A stretch of 64,000 bases of DNA from an uncultured Gemmatimonadales bacterium (lineage in GTDB: Bacteria; Gemmatimonadota; Gemmatimonadetes; Gemmatimonadales; GWC2-71-9): the NCBI GenBank assembly GCA_963792265.1, contig CAWBVP010000002.1, positions 101,331-165,330 of the forward strand, read 5' to 3'. Within the stretch, counting starts at the first letter, position 1. Each line of letters starts with the position of its first letter. Below, piece after piece: positions 19,988 to 31,461 of the stretch. The notes beneath the pieces are model-generated. The model saw nothing but the letters and a program-made list of their open reading frames with translations, had not been told where the DNA came from and made no database searches. The translations under genes were made by a program, and so were the position numbers.

Positions 19988-22900
19988 CTAGAACCCCGGT
20001 TGCAGCGAAAACTCCCAGACCCAGTTCCTCCCTGGGCGATCAAAGGGGTGAACCAGATCCACTTCGCCGACGGCGAAGCCGAGCAGGTTTATCCGAAGCG
20101 CCGCGCCGGTGCTGAAGACCGGATCGCGGGTGCCGGAGCCAAGTACTGAAGGTTGGTGCGTGGTATCCCAGGCCAGCCCCCCGTCCCCGAACAGAGCGAA
20201 CTCGATCGGGAAGGCTCCGTAGTATCCCGAGCCCAGTCCCAATACGCCGAGCAGAGGGAATCGAAGCTCGACGTTACCCACGACCATTCGACTCCCCAGC
20301 AGCTGATCGAAGACCGGGCAGGAGTTCGGGTCTTGCCCCGGACCCGGCTGGCACTCCGATGGGTCGAAGGAATTGAAGTCATACCCTCGCACCAAGCCGG
20401 GGTAGCCGAGATAGAGCGGCTGCAGCCGGGGATCTTCACCCCCGTTGCCATAACGGCCGTAGTGCAGCAGCCGGGTGGCGAAGGTGAACGGTCGGGCCGG
20501 CATGATATACCTGCGGTAGTCCGCCAGCACGCCAACGTAGTTCAGCGATCCGATGGTCGGCGACACCTCGAAGCGATAGCGCTGCCCGAAGATCGGGCTG
20601 GTGGCGCCAAAGAATGAGTTGTCGTAGACCAGCGCGGCGCTTCCTATGCCTAGACTCAACGCTCTGCCGGAAGGGAGGTCCTGAGTCTGGTCCAGCAGCT
20701 GGTCCCCCGTCAGCAGCGAAAAGGCCTGGGTCCGAAGCTCGTTGTCGAACGCGATGTTGGTGTAGCCGGCCTGGAACTCGATCCGTTGGACCGTGCTGAA
20801 GGGGTACGCTATCTGTCCGTAGATATCGCGGGCCGTCTGCCGCTGAATAAGCTGCTGGTCGACCAGAGCCGTCTCGCCGTTTACATCGGCCGTGCCTTCA
20901 GCAAATCCGCCGGTGAGGTACGGCGTCTGATCTATGCCCACCTCCCAATTCAGCCGGTGGCTCAGGTTCTGGTAGGCGACCAGGGCATTCACGTCCTTGA
21001 GACTCCCCTGCACGTTCAAACCCGTCACCAGATTGTGATCGCCCAGTATATCGCTGAAGTAGAGCGAGGCGCCGCCACCCACATAGGTCCCGAACTGACT
21101 GCTTCCCACCAGCAGCGATGGCTGGCCCACGTAGGTCAGGGACAGCTTGGGCCTGTAGGGCGCCACCGGGAAATCAGCTTGGGCGGGAAGCCCCGTCTGG
21201 GAATCGTGCAGCAGATCAACCAGCGTTTCGTCCTTGCGGGTCGAGCGGCGGCAGGGTAGCCGCTGCAACCGGGACCGTTCCGTAGGCGCGGTATGCCACC
21301 GTCGGCTCGGCTGGCACCGGCTGCGGCTGGTCAATGGCGTAGAGCTCGTATCCGTTAGCCCGGAAGACGCTGTAGAGCAGGCGGCCCGACCGCTGCGCCA
21401 CCGTCAGCGCGGGGCTGGTCTCGGTGATCCCGCTGACACCGGTGTACAGGTTGGTGAGCCGGAAGAGCTGGCCGCTGGCAAGGTGGAGCTGATAGACGTT
21501 GGTGATGCCGTCGGGATCGGACAGGAAGTAGAGATTGCTCCCGTCGGGTGACCACTGCGGGTTGAGCTGTCGCGCAGTCTCCGGAGCCTGGCACCGGGCT
21601 GACCTGGCCGCTGGCCACATCTATCAGGCCGAGTGATTGGGCCCCGACCTTCAGCGTTGCGAGATCGGTGCTGAATCGGTCGGTGGCAAAGGCGATGCGT
21701 CCGGCCATCGGGCGCCCAGGCCGGCTGCAGGTCCGCGAACGGGTCGTTGGTGAGCTGCCGGAGTTGCTTGGTCTCCAGGTCATAGACGTACAGATCGGTC
21801 AGCCCACCGGAGAGACCGGAGAACGCGATGGAGCGTCCATCGGGCGACCAGCTGGGATTCAGGATCTGGCCCAGCTGGGGAAACGGGATCTCCCGGGTCC
21901 GCTTGCCCCGGGCCACGTCGTACAGGACGAGCACCGGGTGGCCGCCACTGATGGCCGAGAACACGAACTGCTTCCCGTCGGGAGACCAGCTCCCGGCAGA
22001 CTCGATGAACTCCAGGCTCTGCAGGTGGGCATCCACAGCCGTCTTGGTGACCTGACGCTTGATCTTGCCGGTTCTCGCATCAGCCAGAAAGAGATCGATG
22101 GAGAAGAGATCCCGGTCGGACAGGAACATCATCTGGCTGCCATCGGGACTGAGCGACGGCGAAACATTGTAGCGAGTTCCATTGCGCGCACCCACGACCT
22201 GGGGGCCGAACGTATGCCGGCTCCCGGGTCTCGGCTTTCAACGGATCGTAGGTGGCATGAAGCTCGGCATGCCAGCGCGCTACCAGGCATCGGGGGTGAG
22301 CCCCAGAACCTCGCGAATGGCTGGCTCCATGGCCCCGTGCTGCGGCCGGCCGTGGCCAGCAGACGTCCAATCGCCTGATCGCCCCAGTGTCCGGCCACAT
22401 ACGCCAGCAGCGCGTGCCCATACCGGTAGGGGAAGTAGCGAGGGTCGTCGAGCTGCCTGAACGTGGGCAGGCTGTCTTTGGCCGTGTCCTGGATGGCTCC
22501 CCGCATCCACATCGCCGTCGGCGCGTGGATCGGACCCAGCGACATATACTCGGCCATGCCCTCGATGAACCACAGGGGCAGGGCGGTGGCGGCCGGGAGA
22601 CCGCCGAGCTCGCGGAGCGCCCGTCCGGTGATGTCGTACTGGAAGGCGTGGGTCAGCTCGTGGCCGATCACGTGATCGAGGTCGCCGAGGGTGCCGCCAA
22701 TGGGAAGCACGATCCGCCGCCGAAGCGCCTCGGTGACACCGCCGGTTCCCTCGCCGAGGTCGCCGCCGATGGCGTTGGTCTGCTGGAATTCGGTCGGAGC
22801 TGGCGTACAGAATCAGCGGCTGCCGCCCGGAGAGCTCGTGGTTGAACACCGTGCCCAGTCGGGTGCGCCAGCGCTCGCCATCCGCGCGGCGCTGGGCGGC

Positions 22901-23086
22901 CGCGCGCTGCTCACCGGTATAGAAGTAGATGTCGAAGTGCTCGGTCTTGAGCACCTGCAAATCGAAGCTCTGGTACTGAACCTTGTTGCGGCCGAAGTAC
23001 TGGGCGTGAACCGGCGAGGCCGCCAGCGCCAGGGCGAAGAGAACCAGCCAGAGGGTGCGGCGGGAGCCGCATCGCGGGAACGACAT
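19988..23086 (-). CDS. large secreted HExxH peptidase - TolB-type beta-propeller - Omp85-like beta-barrel protein
   Basis: Signal peptide MSFPRCGSRRTLWLVLFALALAASPVHA, the HExxH motif in VIGHELTHAF, repeated SPDG WD40-like blades, and a barrel ending ...WEFSLQPGF. There are at least 5 frameshifts. Confidence 0.65.
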
Positions 23087-23572
23087 ACAGCCTCCTGGGC
23101 GACAATGCCTCCGTCGATCGGCTCTTGCGGTGAGCCGCAGCACATGCTGAGAACCCCGAAGCTCACCGACTGTCAGCTTGGTAAGTCGCGCTTCGCAACG
23201 ACGGCGAACCGAAGCGCAATCTGCTCCGCTCGCCCAGTGCGAAGCCTGTGCCAGTAAGCTAAGACGTTGTAGTGCGGAGAAAAACAGACCGATCGGTCAG
23301 ATGTCCGGCGGCGGTGGCCAGCTTGTCCGGCCTGGCGCGGCGCGTCCGATGCACAGCGGCTGTTGCTGGATGGAACGGGCTGCATCGGACGGTCTGATCT
23401 TGATGATCCAGCCATTCACAGACCACTGCAAACGCGGTGTCCGATCCAGACCGAACGCACTCATCAAATACGGCACCGCGCCGTACATGTTGGTCCGACC
23501 TCGGCTTTGAGCCTTCGAAGGAAGCGGAAGAATACAGGCTGCACTGATCGGGGTCGAGCTGCCATAGACCCG

Positions 23573-23601
23573 AATATATACCGAAGACACCGAGCGATCA
23601 A
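23573..23601 (-). promoter_or_regulatory. sigma70-like promoter TTGATC-N17-TATATT (second copy of the 401-432 module)
   Basis: The minus strand reads CTTGATCgctcggtgtCTTCGGTATATATTCGGG. The 18-mer at 23569-23586 matches 415-432 at 17 of 18 positions. Confidence 0.45.
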
Positions 23602-23668
23602 GATCGAGCTTGTCACTCGGATGCGGCAAAACAACGCGAAACAAGCTGATAGGAACAGTTGCTTCGAC

Positions 23669-23698
23669 TTGACACCGCTTCATAGCGGGTTCCATACT
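23669..23698 (+). promoter_or_regulatory. candidate fae promoter TTGACA-N18-CATACT
   Basis: A consensus -35 lies 205 nt upstream of the fae ATG, followed by the perfect 14-bp palindrome CTCAGCGCGCTGAG at 23724-23737. Confidence 0.4.
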
Positions 23699-23878
23699 AG
23701 GGTCCTCAACGTCCGGCAAAGTACTCAGCGCGCTGAGCTACCCGCCTTGCGGGACCGCGTGGCCGGGTTGTCCGTTTTCCACGCTGCTCCTGATCCGAGC
23801 TCACCCTTCGCCAACGTCGAGCTGACCATGTGGCGCGAGATTCTTTCCTTCTTCAACAAAACGGATACGGAGGCAGCT

Positions 23879-24385
23879 ATGGCCGGGGAATTCTACATCG
23901 GTGAATCGCTGGTCGGAGAAGGCAACGAAATTGCCCACATCGACCTGATCATCGGCTCGAAGAGTGGCCCAGCGGGCGCCGCGTTCGTGAATGCGCTCGC
24001 CACCAACACCGACGGCTTCAATCACCTGCTGGCCGTCGTCACGCCGAATCTGCCGGCCAAGCCCGACACCGTGCTCTTCAACAAGGTCACGATCAAGGGC
24101 GCCAAGCAGGCGGTGCAGATGTTCGGCCCGGCGCAGGCGGCAGTGGCCCGCGCGGTCGTGGACAGCGTGGCCAGCGGGGTGATCGACAAGGGCAAGGCCA
24201 ACGATCTCTGCATCCTGGTCGGGGTGTTCATCCACTGGCAGGCCGAGAACGACAAGAAGATCTACGACTACAACTATCAGGCCACCAAGGAGTCGATCCA
24301 GCGGGCGCTGCAGGGCAAGCCGACGGTGGATGAGGTGCTGCAGCGGTACAAGGCGCGCGCGGCATCCGTTTGCCAGCGGCGCTGA
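23879..24385 (+). CDS. fae: formaldehyde-activating enzyme
   Basis: [26 protein letters not shown]...VTPNLPAKP...FIHWQA matches Fae. A GGAGG RBS precedes the ATG. Confidence 0.95.
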   Translation: MAGEFYIGESLVGEGNEIAHIDLIIGSKSGPAGAAFVNALATNTDGFNHLLAVVTPNLPAKPDTVLFNKVTIKGAKQAVQMFGPAQAAVARAVVDSVASGVIDKGKANDLCILVGVFIHWQAENDKKIYDYNYQATKESIQRALQGKPTVDEVLQRYKARAASVCQRR

Positions 24386-24484
24386 GGGCTGATCGTACAG
24401 TCCCGCTATCCGAGATTTCCACGAGGGGCGGCCCGCTGACGGGGTGCGCCCCTCGTCTTTTAGACACCATCGGAGCATTCACCG

Positions 24485-25409
24485 ATGCGCAAGCTTCTGC
24501 TTCAACTCGACAGTTCGAGGCTGCCGAGCGTTTTCGATCAGGTCGTCGCCTACGATGCCGGCGCCGAGGTGGTGATGAGTTACGGAGGGGTAACCGAGGG
24601 TGACGTCCGCGATCTCATCCACGGTTGCATCTTCACCCGGGGTCCCAAGGACCTGCACAACACCGCGGTCTGGATCGGCGGTAGCAACATGTCGGCCGGC
24701 GAGCAGCTGCTGGCCATGGCGCAGGACGCGCTGTTCTCGCCGTTTTCGCGTTTCCATCATGCTGGACTCCAACGGCTCCAACACGACGGCGGTGGCGGCG
24801 GTGGTAAGATCGAGGAGACCCTGGGCGACATGCAGGGGAAAAAGGTCCTCATCCTGGCCGGCACCGGGCCGGTGGGTCAACGGGCAGCCGGCCTTCTCGC
24901 CAAGGACGGGGCCCGCGTCACCATCACATCGCGCAAGCCGGAGCAGGGCGAAAAGGCTCGCCAGTTCATCAGCGCCCGCTTCAACGTCCAGGTGGAAGCG
25001 GTCACCCTGAACGATCCTTCCAAACTGCCCGAACTGTGTCCAGGGTGTGGAGGTCCTGCTGAACTCCGGACCGGCCGGGGTGCAGATGGTGCCTAAGTCG
25101 GCCTGGACCGGAGTGAAGACGCTCAAGGTTGCGGTGGATCTGAATGCCGTTCCGCCGCTCGGGATCGAGGGGATCGACGTCAGCGACGCCGGCATGAAGA
25201 AGAATGGCGTGGTGGTGTTCGGCGCTTTTGGGGTCGGCAACTTCAAGACCAAGCTGCACAAGGCCTGCGTGGCAAAGCTGTTCACCCGCAACGATCTGGT
25301 CCTGGACGCCGAGGCTATTGCCGACATCGCGCGGGAGCTGGTGGCCACGAAGGAGCCGGCGGCGAGAAAAGAGCCGGAGGGCAGAAAAGAGCTGGCGAAA
25401 AAGAAGTAG
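24485..25409 (+). CDS. mtdB: NAD(P)-dependent methylene-tetrahydromethanopterin dehydrogenase (MtdA/MtdB family)
   Basis: LLLQLDSSRLPSVFD, FRVSIMLDSNGSNTTA (in the alternate frame), LAGTGPVG and GVGNFKTKLHKACVAKLF. There are at least 3 frameshifts. Confidence 0.85.
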
Positions 25410-25412
25410 GCG

Positions 25413-26460
25413 ATGACCCGCGTCGTGGGAATCGACCCGGGCACCGTCAGCATCGACGTGTGCGGGATCGCGGATGGCCAACTGTACCTCGACCAAAGCT
25501 GGCCCACGGAGGAGGCGCTGGCCCATCCGGACGGTCTCCTCGAGCTTTCTCACCCACGCGGGTCTCCCCGACCTCATCGCCGGCCCTTCCGGTTATGGCC
25601 TGCCCCTGCTCCGCGCAACCGATGCCACCGAGGCCGATCTCCGTCTGGCCTTTCTGGCCGCCCCGGACGAGCCCGGAGGGCATCGGTGGGCTTCGCGGCC
25701 TGGCGCGACGGCTCGGGGCCTCGGGCCTTCCGGTGGTCTACACGCCCGGGGTCATCCACCTCGATACGGTGCCCGACCATCGAAAGCTCAACCGGGTAGA
25801 TCTGGGAACGGCGGACAAGCTGTGCGCGGCCGTACTGGGGATTCACGACCAGGCAGAGCGGCTGAAGTGCAGTCCCGAAGCGGTCTCATTCATCCTGATC
25901 GAGCTTGGCGGAGCGTTTACCGCCGCAGTGGCGGTCGAGCGAGGTCAGATCGTTGACGGCATCGGGGGGACCAGCGGTCCGATTGGGTGGCGCGCTGCCG
26001 GAGCGCTGGATGGCGAGGTGGCGTTCCTCGCGGGCCGGATCTCCAAGGCAGCACTGTTTCAGGGCGGGGTGAGCTCAGTGATCCAGCGCGATCCGGCAAG
26101 AGCGTCGGTGGCCAGGGCAGCCTACCTCGAGGGCGCGGCCAAGGCCGTGCGCCAGCTTCGGTGCTCCGCGCCCTCGGCCGAGAGATCCTGCTCTCGGGAC
26201 GGAACGCTGAGGATCCGGAAATCCGGCAGCGGCTGACGATGGACTTGGCCGATATTGGGACGGTGCGGGTGCTCACCGGCTTTGCGGCTCATGCCAAGCA
26301 GGGGGCCCAGGGCGCCGCGCTGCTGGCCGATGGGCTGGCTGGAGGCCGCCACGCAGAGTTGGTGCGGCGATTGAGAATTCGGGAGGCGCGGGGCACGGTG
26401 CTCGACCATCTCGTCTTCATTTCCCCTGCGGCGGCGCGCGAGCGCCTGGGTCTCCCATGA
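25413..26460 (+). CDS. DUF1464-type ASKHA-fold protein of H4MPT-linked C1 clusters
   Basis: MTRVVGIDPGTVSIDVCG, GPSGYGLPL and IELGGAFTAAVAV. It is spread over 4 frames. Confidence 0.6.
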
Positions 26461-27623
26461 TGACTGAGAGAACCCGGGGCAACGTGCTGATGGCCGGACT
26501 GACGACCCGGGCGCTGGCAGTCTCCGCCGCCAAGGCGGGGTATCGGGTCACCGCCGTGGATGGCTTCGGCGATCGCGATCTACGCGCGGTGGCAGAGGTG
26601 ATCCAGGCACCTCGAACCGCAGGGACGGTTTCAGCCCCGTCGCCGCTGCCGTCGCCGCTGCGACAATCTCCGCGCCATGGGTGGCCTACACCTCGAATTT
26701 CGAGAACGATCCGGCCGCCGTTGCGGTCCTGAAGCAGGGCCGCCGCCTGTTGGGCAATCCACCTGAGGTGTTGGCGCGGGTACGCAATCCCATCGAGCTT
26801 GCGCGCTCACTCCGGGAGCGAGGCTTTGCCACGCCGGAAACCCGAGCTTCTCCCGCATCGCCCTCCTCCGGCCGGACCCAGTGGCTACTCAAGCCCCGGC
26901 GATCCGGTGGGGGCCACGGAGTCAGGATCTGGCGCGCCGGGCAGCCGGTCTCGCGAGGCAGATACCTGCAGGAACGGATTCACGGGCTGCCCGGGTCCAT
27001 TGTGTTTGCGGCCGACGGTCGCAGCGCGGTCACCCTCGGGCTCACCCGTCAGCTCGTGGGCGAGCCGCAACTGGGCGTGGCCGGCTTTCGCTACTGCGGT
27101 AGCCTGCTCGCTCCTCCGGCCCTACCACTCTTTCCCCGCCAGGCGCAGTTGTTGGAACGGGCGATAGCCCTGGCCGCCGCGGTAACCCGCGAGTTCGGGC
27201 TCGTAGGGCTCAACGGCATCGACTTCATCGCCAGGAACGGCGTCCCCTACCCGCTCGAGGTAAACCCCCGGTACTCCGCCTCTATGGAGCTGGTGGAGCG
27301 GAGTTCGGGCATTAACCTCTTCGAGGTTCACGCTCGGGCCTGCGACGGCGAGCTGCCCCTGCCCCCGGCGCCTGAGCGAACGGGTGCATGGGAAGGTCAT
27401 CGTCTTCGCCCGCCACGACGTCCGGCTGGGGAATACCCTCCGTTGGGCAGGCCGGTCATCGCTGGCCGACGTGCCCCATTCCGGCGATAAAATCCTGCGC
27501 GGTCATCCGATCTGCACCGTGTTCGCGGAAGCCGGGAGCGAACTGGCCTGTCTGCGGCTGCTGTGGCAGCGTGCAGCCGGCATCTATCGCTCGGTCGAGT
27601 CCCGAAAGCGGCGAGCGGCGTAA
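26457..27623 (+). CDS. ATP-grasp protein of the H4MPT-linked C1 cluster
   Basis: WLLKPRRSGGGHGV, LQERIHGLPGS and GLNGIDFI...PLEVNPRYSASMEL. There are frameshifts near 26640 and 27385. Confidence 0.65.
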
Positions 27624-28896
27624 TGGCCGGTCAGAGGGTGGAACACGTCACCTGTCTGGGCTGCGGATGCGGCTGTGACGACGTCACCGTCAGCGTAACC
27701 GACGGCCGGATCGTGGACGCGGCTCCGATCTGCCCTATCGGTCGCGCCTGGTTCGGTGACGGCACCGTGCCGACGGAGATAAAGCGCCAAGGCCAGCCGG
27801 TGAGCCTGGAAGAGGCATTGAATGAGGCCGCCACCGTACTGGTTGAGGCGCGGGGCCGGTGCCTCGTCTATCTGGGTCCTGATCTCAGTTCGGAGGCTCA
27901 GCGCGCCGCTCTTTCCCTGGCCGACGTTCTGGGCGCAGTCGTGGACTCTGCGACTTCGGCGACCGCGGCCACCGGGCTGATCGCCGCCCAGCGCCGGGGA
28001 CGCACCGGATCCACTCTGGGTGAGATTCGCAACCGGGGTGACGTCCTGCTCTTCTGGGGCGTGGATCCCTCGGATCGTTATCCCCGCTACCTGTCGCGCT
28101 ACGCGCTCGAGCCGGTGGGCACCCAGATACCGCAGGGCCGCAAGGGACGGTTTGTCATTTCGGTAAGCATTGGTGCGGAACGCGGGGTCAAGGAGGCTGA
28201 TCTCTCGCTCGACCTGGGCTCCGGATGATGAGATCCCTGCGCTCTCGCTCATGCGCGCAACAGTGGCGGGCAACCGGGTGGGTGAGCCTGCCGGGAACCT
28301 GGGTCAGGCTGTCGTCATTGCGAAGCGGCTGATGCAATCTCGCTACGCGGTGATCGTGCACGACGCCGAGCCCATCGGGCGGGCGGCGGGATCCGCTGAG
28401 GGTCGAGGGACTCATTGCGCTGACGGAGGCGCTCAACGAGCCCACCCGGGCAACGCTGAGCAGCCTTCGGGCGGGAGGGAATCGAACCGGGGCGGAGGCG
28501 GTGCTCACCTGGCAGACCGGATACCCCTTCGCAGTGGACTACTCTCGAGGGTATCCCCGCTACACACCGGCTGAGCGAGGCCTCGACCGTCTGGCCACGG
28601 GCGCCTTTCGCGCCGTGCTGCTGGCCGGTGCGCCGCCGCTCGACGGCTCCCCGCCGAACTCGTTCTCCGGCGCGAGCGTAATCACCATCGGCCCCCGAGC
28701 AAGCCAGGCGTCGTTCCCTACCCGGGTGGCCATCGACACCGGCGTGGCGGGAATCCACGAGTCAGGCATCGCCTACCGGATGGATGAGGTGGCGCTGCCA
28801 CTCCGGCCGCCGCTTCCGGGCCCGCGTTCAGCCGCGGAGACGCTCACCCGGCTCGGTGCGGCTGTACGAGCGCAACTGGAGCGGAAGTCCCTGTGA
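27623..28896 (+). CDS. fhcB: formyltransferase/hydrolase complex subunit B (FwdB-like)
   Basis: VTCLGCGCGCDD, with the C-terminus in ORF 28501-28896. The start overlaps the upstream stop as TAATG. There are 2 frameshifts. Confidence 0.85.
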
Positions 28897-30534
28897 GCAA
28901 GGCCACACTTCGGATTACCGGCGGCACGGTGTACGACCCGGCCAATGCGATCGACGGACAGGTCCGGGACATCTGTATTGAGGACGGCCGTATCGTCGAG
29001 ACCCTGCCGGATGGAGCGCCAGCACTCGACGCCCGGGGAATGGTGGTGATGCCAGGAGGAGTAGACATTCACTCCCACCTTGCCAGCTCGAGCTGCAATC
29101 AGGCCCGGCGGCTCTTGCCTGAGGAGCACGCAACTGATCCAGCGCCCGCTCCCGATCTGCTCGAGCAGTTCGACGGTGCCCGCTCGGGCACCGGAGGCAC
29201 CCTTCCCACGACCTTCACCACCGGCTATCGCTACGCCGGCCTGGGGTACACCACCGTGTTCGATGCGGCGGTGGCTCCGCTCATGGCCCGGCACAGCCAT
29301 GCGGAGCTGGAGGACACTCCTTGTGTGGACGGCGGAATTTTCGTGTTGCTGGGGAATGACGAATACCTTCTTCGCCAGGTGGCTGCCGGCGAGCGCAACC
29401 GCGCCCGCGACTACGCGGCTTGGCTGATCGGGTCCACCGGGGCGTATGCCATCAAGATCGTGAACCCCGGCGGCGTAGAGGCCTGGAAGTCGGGGCAGCG
29501 CAACCTCAACGGTCTCGACGACAAGCTGGCCGGCCGCGACGTTACCCCGCGAGCCATTCTGGAGACCCTGGCCGACGCCGGCAACGAACTGGGTCTTCCC
29601 CATCCGGTTCACATTCACTGCAACAACCTCGGCGTCCCCGGCAACTCGGCGGTCACCCTGGCCACCATGCAGGCCCTGGCCGGGCGCCGGGCTCACTTCA
29701 CCCATCTGCAATTTCACAGCTACGGTGGACCGCCCTGGAGCTCCGGCGCCCGGCCCCTCATCGAATACGTCAATGACCATCGGGAATTGAGCGTCGATGT
29801 CGGCCAGGTCATGTTCGGCCCCGCCACCACGGTCACGGCCGACGGTCCGGTCGAGTACATGCTGCACAAGAGCAGCGGCCGGAAGTGGGTCAACATTGAC
29901 ATCGAGCTGGAGACCGGCTGCGGAATCGTCCCCTTCATGTACAAGGACAAGGCGGCCGTTTCCGCTCTGCAATGGGCCATCGGCCTGGAGCTGTTTCTGC
30001 TGAGTCAGGATCCGTGGCGAGTGGTGCTGTCGACCGATCACCCGAACGGCGGATCATTCCTCTCCTACCCCGCGCTCATTCAGCTGTTGATGGACCGGAG
30101 CGTCCGGGACGAGCGGCTCAAGAGCGTCAATCCGAAGCTGCTGGCCGGGCTCAGCGCTGGCTGACGGACTCAGCCGAGAGTACACCCTCAATGAGATCGC
30201 CATCATTACTCGAGCCGGGCCTGCCCGCCTGCTCGGCCTCAAGCAGAAGGGACACCTCGGGGTGGGGGCGGACGCTGATGTCACCGTCTACCAGAAGGAC
30301 GCCGACATCGCCAGGATGTTCGCTTCGCCGAGATATGTGATCAAGGGTGGGTCGCTGCTGGTCGAGGAAGGCCAGCTGCGGAGAGCCCCACGAGGCCGCC
30401 GGCTCCGGCTCCAGCCCGGTTATGACGAGGCCATGCTTCCGGACTTGAAGCGTCACTTCGAGGCTTACTCGACGGTGTCGTTCGAGAACTATCCGGTCCA
30501 GGGGATTCCCGATGCGCCGATGCAGCTCAGCTGA
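28893..30534 (+). CDS. fhcA: formyltransferase/hydrolase complex subunit A (FwdA-like amidohydrolase)
   Basis: ITGGTVYDP...VMPGGVDIHSHL, PHPVHIHCNNLG and STDHPNGG. There is a frameshift near 30150. Confidence 0.9.
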
Positions 30535-30558
30535 TGGCCCGACCGGCGTCGCCGTGAT

Positions 30559-31461
30559 ATGAAGATTCGGGGCGTCTTTATCGAGGACACCTTCGCTGAA
30601 GCGTTCACCATGCGGGTCGCGCGCGTCATCGTCACCGGTCGCAACGCCCGGTGGGTGAAGGAGGCTGCCCTAAAGCTGACCGGGTTTGCCACCTCGGTCA
30701 TTGGCTGCAAGGTGGAAGCCGGAATCGAGCGCGAGCTCCCCGCCACGGAGACGCCGGATGGCCGGCCGGGCATCAGCATGCTGCTGATGACGATGGGCAA
30801 GGACGATATGGGGAAGCGGTTGATCGAGCGCATCGGACAGACGGTGCTTACCTGCCCCACGACCGCCTGCTACGATGGATTGCCCGATGCCCCCGACCGG
30901 GTGGGAGTCGGCTCCGCACTCCGCTTCTTCGGGGACGGCTTTCAGAGCAGCAAGATCATTGCCGGGGAGCGCTTCTGGAGGATTCCGGTGATGGAGGGAG
31001 AGTTTCTGGTTCAGGAGAAGTTCGGCATGCTGAAGGGTGTGGGCGGCGGGAATTTCCTGATCCTTGCCACGACGGCGGATGCCGCACTGTCGGCGGCGGA
31101 AGCTGCGGCGGACACGATGGCCGCGCAGCCGAATGTCATTCTTCCGTTCCCCGGTGGCGTGGTCCGCAGCGGGAGCAAGGTCGGCTCCCGCCGGATCAAG
31201 TCCATGATCGCCTCGACCAACGACGCGTTTTGTCCCACCCTCCGGGCGGTAACGGAAACCGCTCTGCCTGACGGGGTGAACTCGGTGCTCGAAATCGTCA
31301 TCAACGGCACCGATGCGCCATCGATCGCCGCCGCCATGAAGTCAGGGATCGATGCCGCCTGCCGCGACGGCGTGGTGGCCATCAGCGCCGGGAATTACGG
31401 CGGCAAGCTCGGTCCCCATCATTTTCATCTGCGGAAGATCATGCAGGGCGCGGACGCATGA
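30559..31461 (+). CDS. fhcD: formylmethanofuran-tetrahydromethanopterin formyltransferase
   Basis: Intact 300 aa with IEDTFAEAF..RVIVTG..WV..AA..TGFATSVIGC. Confidence 0.95.
   Translation: MKIRGVFIEDTFAEAFTMRVARVIVTGRNARWVKEAALKLTGFATSVIGCKVEAGIERELPATETPDGRPGISMLLMTMGKDDMGKRLIERIGQTVLTCPTTACYDGLPDAPDRVGVGSALRFFGDGFQSSKIIAGERFWRIPVMEGEFLVQEKFGMLKGVGGGNFLILATTADAALSAAEAAADTMAAQPNVILPFPGGVVRSGSKVGSRRIKSMIASTNDAFCPTLRAVTETALPDGVNSVLEIVINGTDAPSIAAAMKSGIDAACRDGVVAISAGNYGGKLGPHHFHLRKIMQGADA

Noticed and set aside
23297-23719. 140-aa minus-strand ORF in the fae upstream gap, with faint resemblance of [12 protein letters not shown] to the PagL/acyloxyacyl-hydrolase HxSNAGL motif.
   Set aside because: It has no signal peptide and lacks the catalytic His. 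Its C-terminus is non-OMP-like. Two predicted promoters (23573-23601 and 23669-23698) lie inside it. Probably it is non-coding or at most a decayed remnant.
23715-23745. tRNA-like string GGGTAGCTCAGCGCGCTGAGTAC on the minus strand.
   Set aside because: It is only a 14-bp perfect palindrome. There is no anticodon arm, T-arm GTTCRA or acceptor pairing.
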